DNA of 64,000 bases, taken from assembly GCA_021648725.1 (NCBI GenBank), contig JAKISF010000007.1, positions 40,170 to 104,169 on the forward strand. Reading direction: 5' to 3'. Below are positions 41,471-50,590 of this stretch, in pieces; the first letter of the stretch is position 1, and the number at the start of each line of letters is the position of its first letter. The notes beneath the pieces are model-generated. The model was not told where the DNA came from. It was given only the letters and a program-made list of their open reading frames with translations, and did not search any database. This DNA comes from Bacteroidales bacterium. GTDB lineage: Bacteria; Bacteroidota; Bacteroidia; Bacteroidales; JAADGE01. The position numbers were made by a program, and so were the translations under genes.

Positions 41471-41506
41471 TGGTTCAATTTTTTATTAAACTTAAACTAT
41501 TTAACA

Positions 41507-42217
41507 ATGAGGTTATTTTTTCTGACTATCGGACTTATATTTACCCTAACCGCATGTCAAAGTGATGAAACAGAAACATTGAACACAGGGCTTATAAATA
41601 CTCATAAAGTAGTTGTATCGGAAGTTCTTCAAACAACCAACTATACATATCTTTATGTGGATGAGAATGGTGAAAAAGTATGGCTTGCCGTACCTAAAAT
41701 GACAGCAAACAAAGGAGATGTTTATTATTATGACGGCGGAATGCTGATGGAAAACTTTGAAAGTAAAGAACTGAAAAGAACTTTTGATAAAATATTTTTT
41801 CTGGATGCTGTGAGAACTACGCCGGAACCGGTTAAAGAATCTTTACAAAATACAAATCCGCATAATTCAACAACACATAATGAAAAACCGGTAATCGGAA
41901 AAAAAGACATTCAGGTTTCAGGGATTGAAGGCGGAATATCAATAAGCGAACTTTTTTCCGAAAAAGAAAAATATAACGGTAAAACTGTTAAAATAAAAGG
42001 GGTTGTTGCTAAATTCAGCCCTCAAATAATGAAGAAAAATTGGATACACCTTCAAGACGGAACTGATTTTAACGGAGAATTTGACTTAACTATTACTTCT
42101 CAAGCTGTTGTTAAAACAGGCGACACAATTGTTGTTGAAGGCAAAATAGCTTTAGATAAAGATTTCGGATATGGCTATTTTTACAAAATTATTATGGAGG
42201 ATGCTTCTGTGAAGTAG
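41507..42217 (+). CDS. Hypothetical lipoprotein (two beta-rich/OB-like halves)
   Basis: ATG 41507 gives the signal LIFTLTAC. A polar linker separates two beta-rich modules. A TAATTTTG box lies 37 nt upstream. Confidence 0.5.
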   Translation: MRLFFLTIGLIFTLTACQSDETETLNTGLINTHKVVVSEVLQTTNYTYLYVDENGEKVWLAVPKMTANKGDVYYYDGGMLMENFESKELKRTFDKIFFLDAVRTTPEPVKESLQNTNPHNSTTHNEKPVIGKKDIQVSGIEGGISISELFSEKEKYNGKTVKIKGVVAKFSPQIMKKNWIHLQDGTDFNGEFDLTITSQAVVKTGDTIVVEGKIALDKDFGYGYFYKIIMEDASVK

Positions 42218-42254
42218 CTCTTATAATTTTTTTAAACAATATTAAAAAGCAAAA

Positions 42255-42280
42255 AATCAGTTCGTTTAAGTGAACTGATT
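42255..42280. terminator. Bidirectional terminator ending the atp operon after atpG
   Basis: AATCAGTTC-n8-GAACTGATT, flanked by an A-run and a T-run. Confidence 0.75.
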
Positions 42281-42322
42281 TTTTTATTTACAGAATATTT
42301 CTGATCAATGTTCTATTTCTTG

Positions 42323-43195
42323 TTATCCTTTCAGTGCCTCCGCTCCTGCCGTTATCTCTAAAATTTCTTTTGTAATAGCTGCCTGTCGTGCTTTATTATA
42401 GCTAAGTGTTAAGGATCGAATCATTTCTGTTGCATTGTCTGTTGCTTGGTGCATAGCCGTCATACGAGCACCTTGCTCAGAAGCAAAAGAATCTGTTAGT
42501 GCTGTAAATAGCTGTGTTTTAAGAGAATCCGGTATCAATGTTTCAAAGATGTATTCTTGCGAAGGTTCAAAAATATAGTCATGATTATCATTAACAGAAT
42601 CATCCGGTTTAATAGGCAAAAATTGTTCTTGAGTTAAAATTTGAACAGCTGCATTTTTAAATCGGTTATAAATAATTTCAATTTTATCATATTTTTTCTC
42701 AACAAAATCATTCATTAATTGCTCGGCAATAACTGAAACTTTTTCGTAAGACATATCCTCATATATTTTATCAAAATTATATGAAATTTCATATCCCTTT
42801 GCACTTAAAATTTGACCGCTTTTAAATCCCATTGTTACAATTGTCAAATTTCCTTTTTCATGCTGCTCAGAATATTGTTCCTCACTTAGTTCAATTACTT
42901 TTTTAACAATATTTGAATTAAACGGTCCGCACAGCCCTCTGTTTGAACTTATTGCCAATAACAAAACATTTTCTTCTTTTCTTTCTTCTGCATAAATATT
43001 GTCAGAAACTGTTCCTTTTGTTTCACTTAATCTGCTTAAAATCTCATTAAGCTTATTTGCATAAGGCCTTAACTGTGTAATAGCATTTTGAGCTCTTCTT
43101 AGTTTAGATGCAGAAACCATTTTCATTGCACTTGTAATCTGTCTTGTAGATTTAACAGATGATATGCGTGTTCTTATATCCTTTAAATTTGCCAT
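42323..43195 (-). CDS. atpG: F1 ATP synthase gamma subunit
   Basis: N-terminus MANLKDIRTRI.S...T.QIT.AM.MV and C-terminus ITKEILEI..GAEAL. ATG 43195. Confidence 0.95.
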   Translation of the reverse strand: MANLKDIRTRISSVKSTRQITSAMKMVSASKLRRAQNAITQLRPYANKLNEILSRLSETKGTVSDNIYAEERKEENVLLLAISSNRGLCGPFNSNIVKKVIELSEEQYSEQHEKGNLTIVTMGFKSGQILSAKGYEISYNFDKIYEDMSYEKVSVIAEQLMNDFVEKKYDKIEIIYNRFKNAAVQILTQEQFLPIKPDDSVNDNHDYIFEPSQEYIFETLIPDSLKTQLFTALTDSFASEQGARMTAMHQATDNATEMIRSLTLSYNKARQAAITKEILEITAGAEALKG

Positions 43196-43224
43196 AAACA
43201 ATCAAAATGAATGTTTTTATAAAA

Positions 43225-43476
43225 TTATCCGATTAAGGAATTAACTAAATCAATATACTCGCTTGCAGCATCATCCTTTGTTTTTCCTTTATATGATTCC
43301 CAAGCATTATATTTTGCTGCGGCTTTAAAATCAAATCCTCCGGGGCGTTCTCCTTGAACATCTCCTTCTGTAACTTGTTTAAATAAACCGTATAATTTCA
43401 GTAAAATGTCATTAGACGGTCGTTCCGTTAATGTTTTAGATTTTAATACTGCTTCATCAAATAGCTTTTGATCCAT
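43225..43476 (-). CDS. Acyl-CoA-binding protein (ACBP/DBI family)
   Basis: 83 aa and collinear with eukaryotic ACBP. Motifs: LKLYGLFKQVTEGD, RPGGFDFKAAAKYNAW, AASEYIDLV (equivalents of Tyr28/Lys32/Lys54/Tyr73). Confidence 0.85.
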   Translation of the reverse strand: MDQKLFDEAVLKSKTLTERPSNDILLKLYGLFKQVTEGDVQGERPGGFDFKAAAKYNAWESYKGKTKDDAASEYIDLVNSLIG

Positions 43477-43487
43477 TTTAGCATTCT

Positions 43488-45071
43488 TTAATTTGCTTTA
43501 TAAGCTGATGCGATACTTTTTGCAACCTCCTCTAAAACTTTAATTTCTGTATCCGAATATTTTCCTTGCGATAAGGCTTCAAGAACATCTGCATGTTTTG
43601 TTTTCAAGAAATCAAGATATTCATTTTCAAAATCTTTAACTTTTTCTACAGGAACATCTCTCAACAAACCTTTTGTTCCGGCAAAAAGAATTGCAGTTTG
43701 GGCTTCTACTGTGTAAGGCTCAAACTGGCCTTGTTTCAATATTTCAACATTTCGGCTTCCTTTTTCAAGCACAGAAAGAGTTGCTGAATCCAAATCAGAA
43801 CCGAACTTAGAAAAAGCCTCTAATTCTCTGTATTGTGCTTGGTCCAGTTTTAAAGTTCCCGCAACTTTCTTCATTGATTTAATTTGTGCATTTCCGCCTA
43901 CTCTTGAAACCGAGATACCTACATTAATTGCCGGTCTTACACCTGAGTTAAATAAATCAACATCAAGAAATATTTGTCCGTCTGTAATTGAAATTACATT
44001 TGTAGGAATATATGCCGAAACATCACCTTCTTGTGTTTCAATAATCGGTAATGCTGTTAATGACCCGCCGCCTTTAATTTTTCCTTTTAAAGAATCAGGA
44101 ACATCATTCATTTGTTGTGCAATTTCATCATTATTAATGATTTTTGCTGCACGCTCTAATAATCGAGAATGTAAGTAAAATACATCACCCGGATATGCTT
44201 CACGCCCCGGAGGTCTTCTTAAAAGAAGAGAAACTTCCCTGTAAGAAACAGCTTGTTTTGATAAATCATCATAAATAATTAAAGCCGGTCTTCCTGTATC
44301 TCTGAAATATTCACCTATTGCTGCTCCTGCATAAGGTGCATAAAATTGCAGTGCAGCAGGTTCGGCAGCAGTTGCAGACACTATTGTGGTATAAACTAAT
44401 GCACCGTTTTCTTCAAGTGTTTTTTGAATACTTGCAACTGTTGAACCTTTTTGTCCTATTGCAACATAAATACAATAAACAGGCTCACCTTTATCGTAAA
44501 ATTCTTTTTGATTGATAATGGCATCAACAGCAATTGCAGTTTTTCCTGTTTGGCGATCTCCGATAATTAATTCTCGCTGACCCCTTCCTATCGGTATCAT
44601 TGAATCAATTGCTTTTATTCCTGTTTGAAGTGGTTCGTTTACAGGTTGACGATAAATTACACCCGGAGCTTTCCGTTCCAAAGGCATATTGTATTTCTCA
44701 CCGGTTATTGCTCCTTTTCCGTCAATGGGTTCTCCCAATGTATTTACGACTCTTCCGAGCATTCCTTCACTTACGTCAATAGACGCGATTTTTTTCATCC
44801 TTTTAACGGTATCCCCTTCTCCGATTCCTTGTGACGGCCCTAACAGTACTGCACCTACATTATCTTCTTCCAAGTTTAACGCAATACCTTGAACTCCGTT
44901 TTGAAATTCAATCATTTCATTGTATTTAACGCCTTTCAACCCATAAATACGAGCAATGCCGTCACCGATTTCAATAACTGTCCCGACTTCTTGAAATTCA
45001 GTTTCAGAACTTACACCTTGTAATTGTTGTTTTAATATTTCAGATACTTCTGCGGGATTTATGCCTGCCAT
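43488..45071 (-). CDS. atpA: F1 ATP synthase alpha subunit
   Basis: 527 aa. Walker A GDRQTGKT. Canonical alpha-subunit sequence throughout. Confidence 0.98.
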   Translation of the reverse strand: MAGINPAEVSEILKQQLQGVSSETEFQEVGTVIEIGDGIARIYGLKGVKYNEMIEFQNGVQGIALNLEEDNVGAVLLGPSQGIGEGDTVKRMKKIASIDVSEGMLGRVVNTLGEPIDGKGAITGEKYNMPLERKAPGVIYRQPVNEPLQTGIKAIDSMIPIGRGQRELIIGDRQTGKTAIAVDAIINQKEFYDKGEPVYCIYVAIGQKGSTVASIQKTLEENGALVYTTIVSATAAEPAALQFYAPYAGAAIGEYFRDTGRPALIIYDDLSKQAVSYREVSLLLRRPPGREAYPGDVFYLHSRLLERAAKIINNDEIAQQMNDVPDSLKGKIKGGGSLTALPIIETQEGDVSAYIPTNVISITDGQIFLDVDLFNSGVRPAINVGISVSRVGGNAQIKSMKKVAGTLKLDQAQYRELEAFSKFGSDLDSATLSVLEKGSRNVEILKQGQFEPYTVEAQTAILFAGTKGLLRDVPVEKVKDFENEYLDFLKTKHADVLEALSQGKYSDTEIKVLEEVAKSIASAYKAN

Positions 45072-45084
45072 AATATTGATTTTT

Positions 45085-45633
45085 TTATTTATCAGCCGGA
45101 GCTTTTAGTAATTCTTTTTTAATATTTTTTAGTTTTGTTGCAACACTTGCATCGTATTGTAAATTTTCAACAGTCAGAACAAAACCGCCTATAATTTCTT
45201 TGTCAACTTGCTCTGTCATCTCTACTTTTGTTTTAAATTCTGTTGAAATAATATCGGAGATGTCTTTTTTTAGTTTATCGTCAATTTTAAATGTTGTTGT
45301 GAGTTGAACATATTTAATACCGTAAAACTTTCGGTATAATTCACTGTAATTCCTTGCTATTGAGCTTAAATAAGTCTCTCTTTTATTGTCAGACAACAAT
45401 TTAAAGAACCGTAAACTCAATTCATTTACCTTTTCTTTAAAAATTTTGTTGAATACAACTTGTTTTCTTGACGGGAAAATTACAGGATTTTCCAAGAACC
45501 TTCTAAAGTCAGGAATCTTTGCTGTTTCTCCTATTAAATGCATATCATTATTTATTCGTTCCGCTTTTTCCTCTTCTGAAGCTAAACCAAATAATGCTTT
45601 TGCATATCTTACGGTTATTCTGTTTGTATTCAT
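45085..45633 (-). CDS. atpH: F1 ATP synthase delta (OSCP) subunit
   Basis: 182 aa. Motifs RYAKALF... and GGFVL. Position between atpF and atpA. Confidence 0.9.
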   Translation of the reverse strand: MNTNRITVRYAKALFGLASEEEKAERINNDMHLIGETAKIPDFRRFLENPVIFPSRKQVVFNKIFKEKVNELSLRFFKLLSDNKRETYLSSIARNYSELYRKFYGIKYVQLTTTFKIDDKLKKDISDIISTEFKTKVEMTEQVDKEIIGGFVLTVENLQYDASVATKLKNIKKELLKAPADK

Positions 45634-45642
45634 TTTAATATT

Positions 45643-46137
45643 TTAATTTAATTCAATATCTTTTAATAATGAATTTGCATAATCAACCTGCTCTTTATCA
45701 GACGACAATGATTTTCTGATAACTTTTTCTGCAATTTCTACAGATAATGAAACAACTTTATTTTTAATCTCATCAATTGCCGAAAGCTTTTCGCTTTCTA
45801 TTTGAGCTTTTGCCGATATTATCATTTTATCAGCTTCTACTTTTGCTTGAATCTTTGCATCCGATAATATTTTTTCCTTAACCTCTCTTGCGTCACTTAA
45901 AAGTTTTTCTCTTTCTTTGCGAGCTTCTTGTAATATTTTTTCGTTATCCGATTTTAATCTTGCCATTTCATCTTTGGCATGTTCTGCTGCTTTTAATGCA
46001 CCGTCAATTGAATCTTCTCTTTGTTTCAGCGATTTTAATATCGGTTTCCAAGCATATTTTTTTAAAATAAAAAGGACTGCAAGAAATGATATCGTCATCC
46101 AAAATACTAAACCGAAATCAGGTGTTACTAAACCCAT
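45643..46137 (-). CDS. atpF: Fo ATP synthase subunit b
   Basis: N-terminal TM helix followed by a long charged helix. Operon position. Confidence 0.9.
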   Translation of the reverse strand: MGLVTPDFGLVFWMTISFLAVLFILKKYAWKPILKSLKQREDSIDGALKAAEHAKDEMARLKSDNEKILQEARKEREKLLSDAREVKEKILSDAKIQAKVEADKMIISAKAQIESEKLSAIDEIKNKVVSLSVEIAEKVIRKSLSSDKEQVDYANSLLKDIELN

Positions 46138-46233
46138 AATTTTTTATTTATATGTTATAATTCAAAGTCTTTTTTTGAAAAATAAGAGTGAAGATAAGCC
46201 AACCGCTTATCTTACTCTTTAATTTTTTGCTGA

Positions 46234-46491
<258 letters not shown>

Positions 46492-46511
46492 TTAGGGTTA
46501 AAAATAAAAAA

Positions 46512-47606
46512 CTAATGGTGTTCTTCTGTTGCCATACCGAAATATAATGCAGACAGAAGTGTAAATACATATGCTTGAATAAATGCAACTAATAATTCGA
46601 GCATTGTTAAAAATATTGTAAATGCAACAGAAAATACAGCCCCGCCGTATCCTGCTCCGACTCCTCCCATTTCACCGAAAAGGAATATTAAACTGAAAAA
46701 ACCTAATGCAACAATATGCCCTGCTGTAATATTTGCAAACAAACGTACCATTAAAACGAAAGGTTTAATGAACATTCCAAGAATTTCAACAAAAGGCATT
46801 AAGGGAATAGGAAATTTAAGCCACCAAGGAACCCCCGGGGTATTAACCATGTGTGTCCAGTAATTTTTATTTCCGTTAATTGTAATTATAACAAATGTGA
46901 AAATTGCAAGAACCATTGTTATTGCAATATTGCCGGTTAAATTTGCTCCTCCGGGAAAAATCGGAACCAAACCTAAAAGGTTGTTTAGAAATATAAAAAA
47001 GAATATGCTTAATAAATAAGGTGTAAACTTCATATACTTTTTCTTACCCAAAGATGCTTTTGCAATATCATCTCTTATAAAAATTATTAACGGTTCTAAA
47101 AATGACTGTAATCCTTTTGGTGCCTGACCTTCTCTTTTTGTATAAGCTTTTGCAACACTTAGGAAAATCCATAATATGAAAATTATACTGATAAAAAGAG
47201 ATAGTGTATTTTTTGTAATTGAAATGTCGTAAGGCCTTATTTCTTCTCCGTTAACAACCTCAACAACTTTTTCATTATTAGGGTTATCATTTCCGCTTGC
47301 TATTTTAAAATTTTTATAAGAAGAATGACCGTGATTAAATTTTGAAGACATAAAAACAGACAAACCACTGTGTTTACTATAAACAATTATCGGTAACGGA
47401 ATAGTAATATAGGTTTTTCCGAATGTTGTAATGTGCCATCCGTAAGAATCTCCGACATGTTCCATAATCATTTCGCCGGGATTGAATTCGGATTCATGTT
47501 CTTCTGTTTCAGTTTGTTCGCCATGCTGAGAAAAACTTGTGTTTGAAACAAGTAAAAACGTAAAACTTAAAATTACTGTCGTTAAAATTTTTAAATTATT
47601 GAGCAT
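46512..47606 (-). CDS. atpB: Fo ATP synthase subunit a (with a ~90-aa N-terminal extension)
   Basis: C-terminal motif RLFANITAGH. N-terminal signal-like helix and a His/Glu-rich segment. Confidence 0.9.
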   Translation of the reverse strand: MLNNLKILTTVILSFTFLLVSNTSFSQHGEQTETEEHESEFNPGEMIMEHVGDSYGWHITTFGKTYITIPLPIIVYSKHSGLSVFMSSKFNHGHSSYKNFKIASGNDNPNNEKVVEVVNGEEIRPYDISITKNTLSLFISIIFILWIFLSVAKAYTKREGQAPKGLQSFLEPLIIFIRDDIAKASLGKKKYMKFTPYLLSIFFFIFLNNLLGLVPIFPGGANLTGNIAITMVLAIFTFVIITINGNKNYWTHMVNTPGVPWWLKFPIPLMPFVEILGMFIKPFVLMVRLFANITAGHIVALGFFSLIFLFGEMGGVGAGYGGAVFSVAFTIFLTMLELLVAFIQAYVFTLLSALYFGMATEEHH

Positions 47607-47641
47607 AAGCCGATTTTAATATCGTAATAATAAAACGAATG

Positions 47642-47649
47642 CAAAATTA
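47642..47649 (-). promoter_or_regulatory. -7 box (TAATTTTG) for the atp operon
   Basis: TAnnTTTG match 36 nt upstream of the atpB ATG. Confidence 0.5.
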
Positions 47650-47695
47650 AACATTTTTTAATAATTATACAATGTTAATTTTATAAAAAATACGC

Positions 47696-47703
47696 TAATT
47701 TTG
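47696..47703 (+). promoter_or_regulatory. -7 box (TAATTTTG) for the radical SAM gene
   Basis: TAnnTTTG match 62 nt upstream of the ATG, divergent from the atp box. Confidence 0.4.
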
Positions 47704-47764
47704 TTTCAAATTACAGGTAAATTTTATACTTACATCATATTCTCGGCATAAAGGTAAAAAACAG

Positions 47765-48766
47765 ATGCAAATCAGCTTTTTGAAAAAAATAACATTAAAA
47801 AAGATTGTTAATGCAATTTTGTTGTATGCCAGCTTTTTGATATCAGTTGTTTTTAAAAGGTCAAAACACTTTGCTTATCCTGTCAGCTTATCTGTTGAGC
47901 CGACTTCTTTTTGCAACCTTAATTGCCCCGAATGTCCGACAGGGAATAATAATTTATCAAGATTTAAAGGTCATATTAATTTTGATTTATACAAAAAAGT
48001 AACAAATGAATTGTCTCCCTACCTTTTAAATTTAATTTTATATTTTCAGGGAGAACCGTTTTTAAACAACGAAATATTTAAGTTAATTGAGTATTCTGCA
48101 AAAAAGAAAAAGGTATTTACAACAACTTCAACAAACGGTCATTTTTTGGATTCGGAAAATTCTAAAAAAATAATTAAGTCCGGTTTAGATAAGTTAATAA
48201 TTTCTGTTGACGGAACAAATCAAGAAACCTATGAAAAATATAGGAATAACGGTGATTTAAAAGTTGTAATACAAGGGATTAAAAATATAGTTTCTGCAAA
48301 AAAAGAATTAAAATCAAAAATACCCTATGTTGTTGTACAGTTTTTAGTTTTTAAATTTAATGAACATCAAATACCCGTGATAAAAAAACTATGCAAAGAA
48401 TTAAAAGTTGATAAGCTTGAATTAAAATCTGCACAAATTTATGATTTTGAAAATGACACCGAATTTATACCTGAGAATAAAAAACATTCAAGGTATAAAA
48501 AAGATGTTGCCGGTAAGTTTCGGATTAAAAGCAAACTAAAAAACAGATGCAAAAGATTGTGGGAGGCATCAGTAATTACAAATACCGGAGAAGTTTTACC
48601 TTGTTGTTTTGATAAAGATGCGAAGTATTCTTTCGGAAATATTGAAAGGTTTTCGTTTAAAGAAATAAATAACAACAAAAAGTCTTTAAATTTCAGAGAG
48701 TCTCTTTTGTTAAACAGAAATCAAATTGATATTTGTAAAAATTGTACGGAAGGTTTATATAAATAA
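47765..48766 (+). CDS. Radical SAM enzyme with a SPASM-like C-terminal Cys cluster
   Basis: CX3CX2C motif (CNLNCPEC). C-terminal PCCFDKD...CKNC. N-terminal hydrophobic helix. Confidence 0.8.
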   Translation: MQISFLKKITLKKIVNAILLYASFLISVVFKRSKHFAYPVSLSVEPTSFCNLNCPECPTGNNNLSRFKGHINFDLYKKVTNELSPYLLNLILYFQGEPFLNNEIFKLIEYSAKKKKVFTTTSTNGHFLDSENSKKIIKSGLDKLIISVDGTNQETYEKYRNNGDLKVVIQGIKNIVSAKKELKSKIPYVVVQFLVFKFNEHQIPVIKKLCKELKVDKLELKSAQIYDFENDTEFIPENKKHSRYKKDVAGKFRIKSKLKNRCKRLWEASVITNTGEVLPCCFDKDAKYSFGNIERFSFKEINNNKKSLNFRESLLLNRNQIDICKNCTEGLYK

Positions 48767-48767
48767 A

Positions 48768-48796
48768 ATAACTCCGAAAATTTATCTCGGAGTTAT
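48768..48796. terminator. Bidirectional hairpin between the radical SAM and Spy-like genes
   Basis: 10-bp stem ATAACTCCGA/TCGGAGTTAT. Confidence 0.65.
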
Positions 48797-48817
48797 GATT
48801 AAAACTTTCTTAACATT

Positions 48818-49270
48818 TTATTTGTTAGGGCAATGTTTGTTCATTTGCCCTTTACCGTTTTTGCCGTGAGGCCCTTTTTGTCCTGCGTGCATATCAAAAA
48901 ACACTTTTTGGTCATCTGTTAATATTTTACGCACTCCTTGACGGTGGGCTGCTCTTTTTTTAGCCATAGTTGTTTTAAGAATGCCAATTTCATCAATTGT
49001 TTTATTAACCTCCTTCATATTTACATTATCGCCGGTTGAAATTGTGTTTAAGCGAGCTTGCTTTTCTTTTAATTCATTTCTCAAAGGCAACATTTCTTTC
49101 ATGTTGGCAGTTCTCATTTCTGTTAATTTGGTTTTTTGTGCTTCGGTTAAATCCGGAATATTCATGAAACCGTTTCCTCTGTTTCCATGTTTTGAATTTG
49201 GTCCTTGTGCAAACATACTTCCGGATACAAATATCAAAATTGCAATAATCATAAAATTCTTTGTTCTCAT
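48818..49270 (-). CDS. Spy/CpxP/ZraP-like periplasmic LTxxQ protein
   Basis: Signal peptide from ATG 49270. LTEAQK and LTDDQK motifs. Basic, Gly/His/Lys-rich tail. Confidence 0.65.
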   Translation of the reverse strand: MRTKNFMIIAILIFVSGSMFAQGPNSKHGNRGNGFMNIPDLTEAQKTKLTEMRTANMKEMLPLRNELKEKQARLNTISTGDNVNMKEVNKTIDEIGILKTTMAKKRAAHRQGVRKILTDDQKVFFDMHAGQKGPHGKNGKGQMNKHCPNK

Positions 49271-49416
49271 TTTAGTTGATTTAAATGTTAAATAATAATT
49301 TAATTTTTGTTTGTTTGCATCTTTGACCGGATGTTTCTGATAAGGTTTAATTAAAATAAAAAAAAACTGCAAAAGTTATAATTTTATGCAGTTTTTATAA
49401 TATTAAAAAGTTTTAG

Positions 49417-50472
49417 TTATCTTTTAACATATTGGTCTTCATAATATTGTTCATATTTGCCGGTAATAATATTATTCATCCAAGTTTCATTTTCTAAGTA
49501 CCAATCAACTGTTTTTTCAAGCCCTTCTTCAAATTGTAAAGACGGTTTCCATGCTAACTCTTTCTGAATTTTTGAAGAATCAATAGCATAACGCATATCG
49601 TGCCCGGCTCTGTCTTTTACAAAAGTTATAAGTTTTGCCGATGTTCCTTTTTCTCGATTTAATTTTTTATCCATAATTTCACATAACTTATAAATTAAAT
49701 CAATATTTGTCCATTCGTTGTTGCCTCCGATATTATATGTTTCTCCGTTTTTGCCTTTATGAAAAACTAAATCAATTGCATTTGCATGGTCATTAACAAA
49801 TAACCAATCTCTTATATTATCTCCTTTTCCGTATATCGGAATGGGTTTGTTGTTTTTTATATTGTTAATTGCCAGCGGAATAAGTTTTTCGGGAAATTGA
49901 TTTGCCCCGTAATTATTTGAACAATTTGTTAAAACAACAGGAAGCTTGTAAGTGTGCATATATGCTCTTACCAAATGGTCGGAACTTGCTTTTGATGCAG
50001 AATAAGGGCTTCGAGGGTCATACGCTGTTTCTTCCGTAAAAAAACCGTCTTCTCCGAGAGAACCGTAAACTTCATCTGTTGAAATATGGTAAAATCGTTT
50101 TCCTTCAAGATTATCTTTCCAAGAGTTTCTTGCAGCATTTAACAAATTTACCGTTCCGAGAATATTTGTATTAATAAAAGCTCCGGGGTCGGAAATAGAC
50201 CTGTCAACATGAGATTCGGCAGCAAGATGAATTATGCCGTCAAACTTATGTTTTTTAAAAAGTTTATTAATGAAATCCGTATCTGTTATATCACCTTTAA
50301 CAAATTCATAGTTTGAGAAAGATGCAACATCCGTTAAGTTTTCAAGGTTTCCGGCATAAGTAAGCTTATCTAAATTAATGATTTTATAATCAGGATATTT
50401 ATTTACAAATAATTTTACTGTGTGCGAACCTATAAATCCGGCACCTCCGGTTATTAAAATTGTTTTATTCAT
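49417..50472 (-). CDS. rfbB: dTDP-glucose 4,6-dehydratase
   Basis: SDR motifs GGAGFIGS and YSASK. 351 aa, typical RmlB. Confidence 0.95.
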   Translation of the reverse strand: MNKTILITGGAGFIGSHTVKLFVNKYPDYKIINLDKLTYAGNLENLTDVASFSNYEFVKGDITDTDFINKLFKKHKFDGIIHLAAESHVDRSISDPGAFINTNILGTVNLLNAARNSWKDNLEGKRFYHISTDEVYGSLGEDGFFTEETAYDPRSPYSASKASSDHLVRAYMHTYKLPVVLTNCSNNYGANQFPEKLIPLAINNIKNNKPIPIYGKGDNIRDWLFVNDHANAIDLVFHKGKNGETYNIGGNNEWTNIDLIYKLCEIMDKKLNREKGTSAKLITFVKDRAGHDMRYAIDSSKIQKELAWKPSLQFEEGLEKTVDWYLENETWMNNIITGKYEQYYEDQYVKR

Positions 50473-50521
50473 TTTATTCGGTTAAAAAAGGTAAAAAACC
50501 TTTATTGAAACAATACTTTTG

Positions 50522-50529
50522 CAAAAATA
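50522..50529 (-). promoter_or_regulatory. -7 box (TATTTTTG) for rfbB
   Basis: TAnnTTTG match 50 nt upstream of the ATG. Confidence 0.4.
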
Positions 50530-50562
50530 TTATAATTAACTGAGCATAAACTTGTTTTTTTA

Positions 50563-50570
50563 TATTTTTG
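50563..50570 (+). promoter_or_regulatory. -7 box (TATTTTTG) for nadB
   Basis: TAnnTTTG match 21 nt upstream of ATG 50591. Confidence 0.4.
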
Positions 50571-50590
50571 TGAAATAAATTAAATAATTG

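Noticed and set aside
41380-41565. 61-aa ORF upstream of and overlapping the lipoprotein gene
   Set aside because: It is in a different frame from the lipoprotein gene, spans that gene's promoter box and start codon, is Ile/Asn/Phe-rich, and has no start context.
44318-44892. Cluster of four overlapping 60-69-aa ORFs antisense to atpA
   Set aside because: The locally higher GC of atpA lowers stop-codon frequency on the opposite strand. The ORFs overlap each other in different frames and show no family features.
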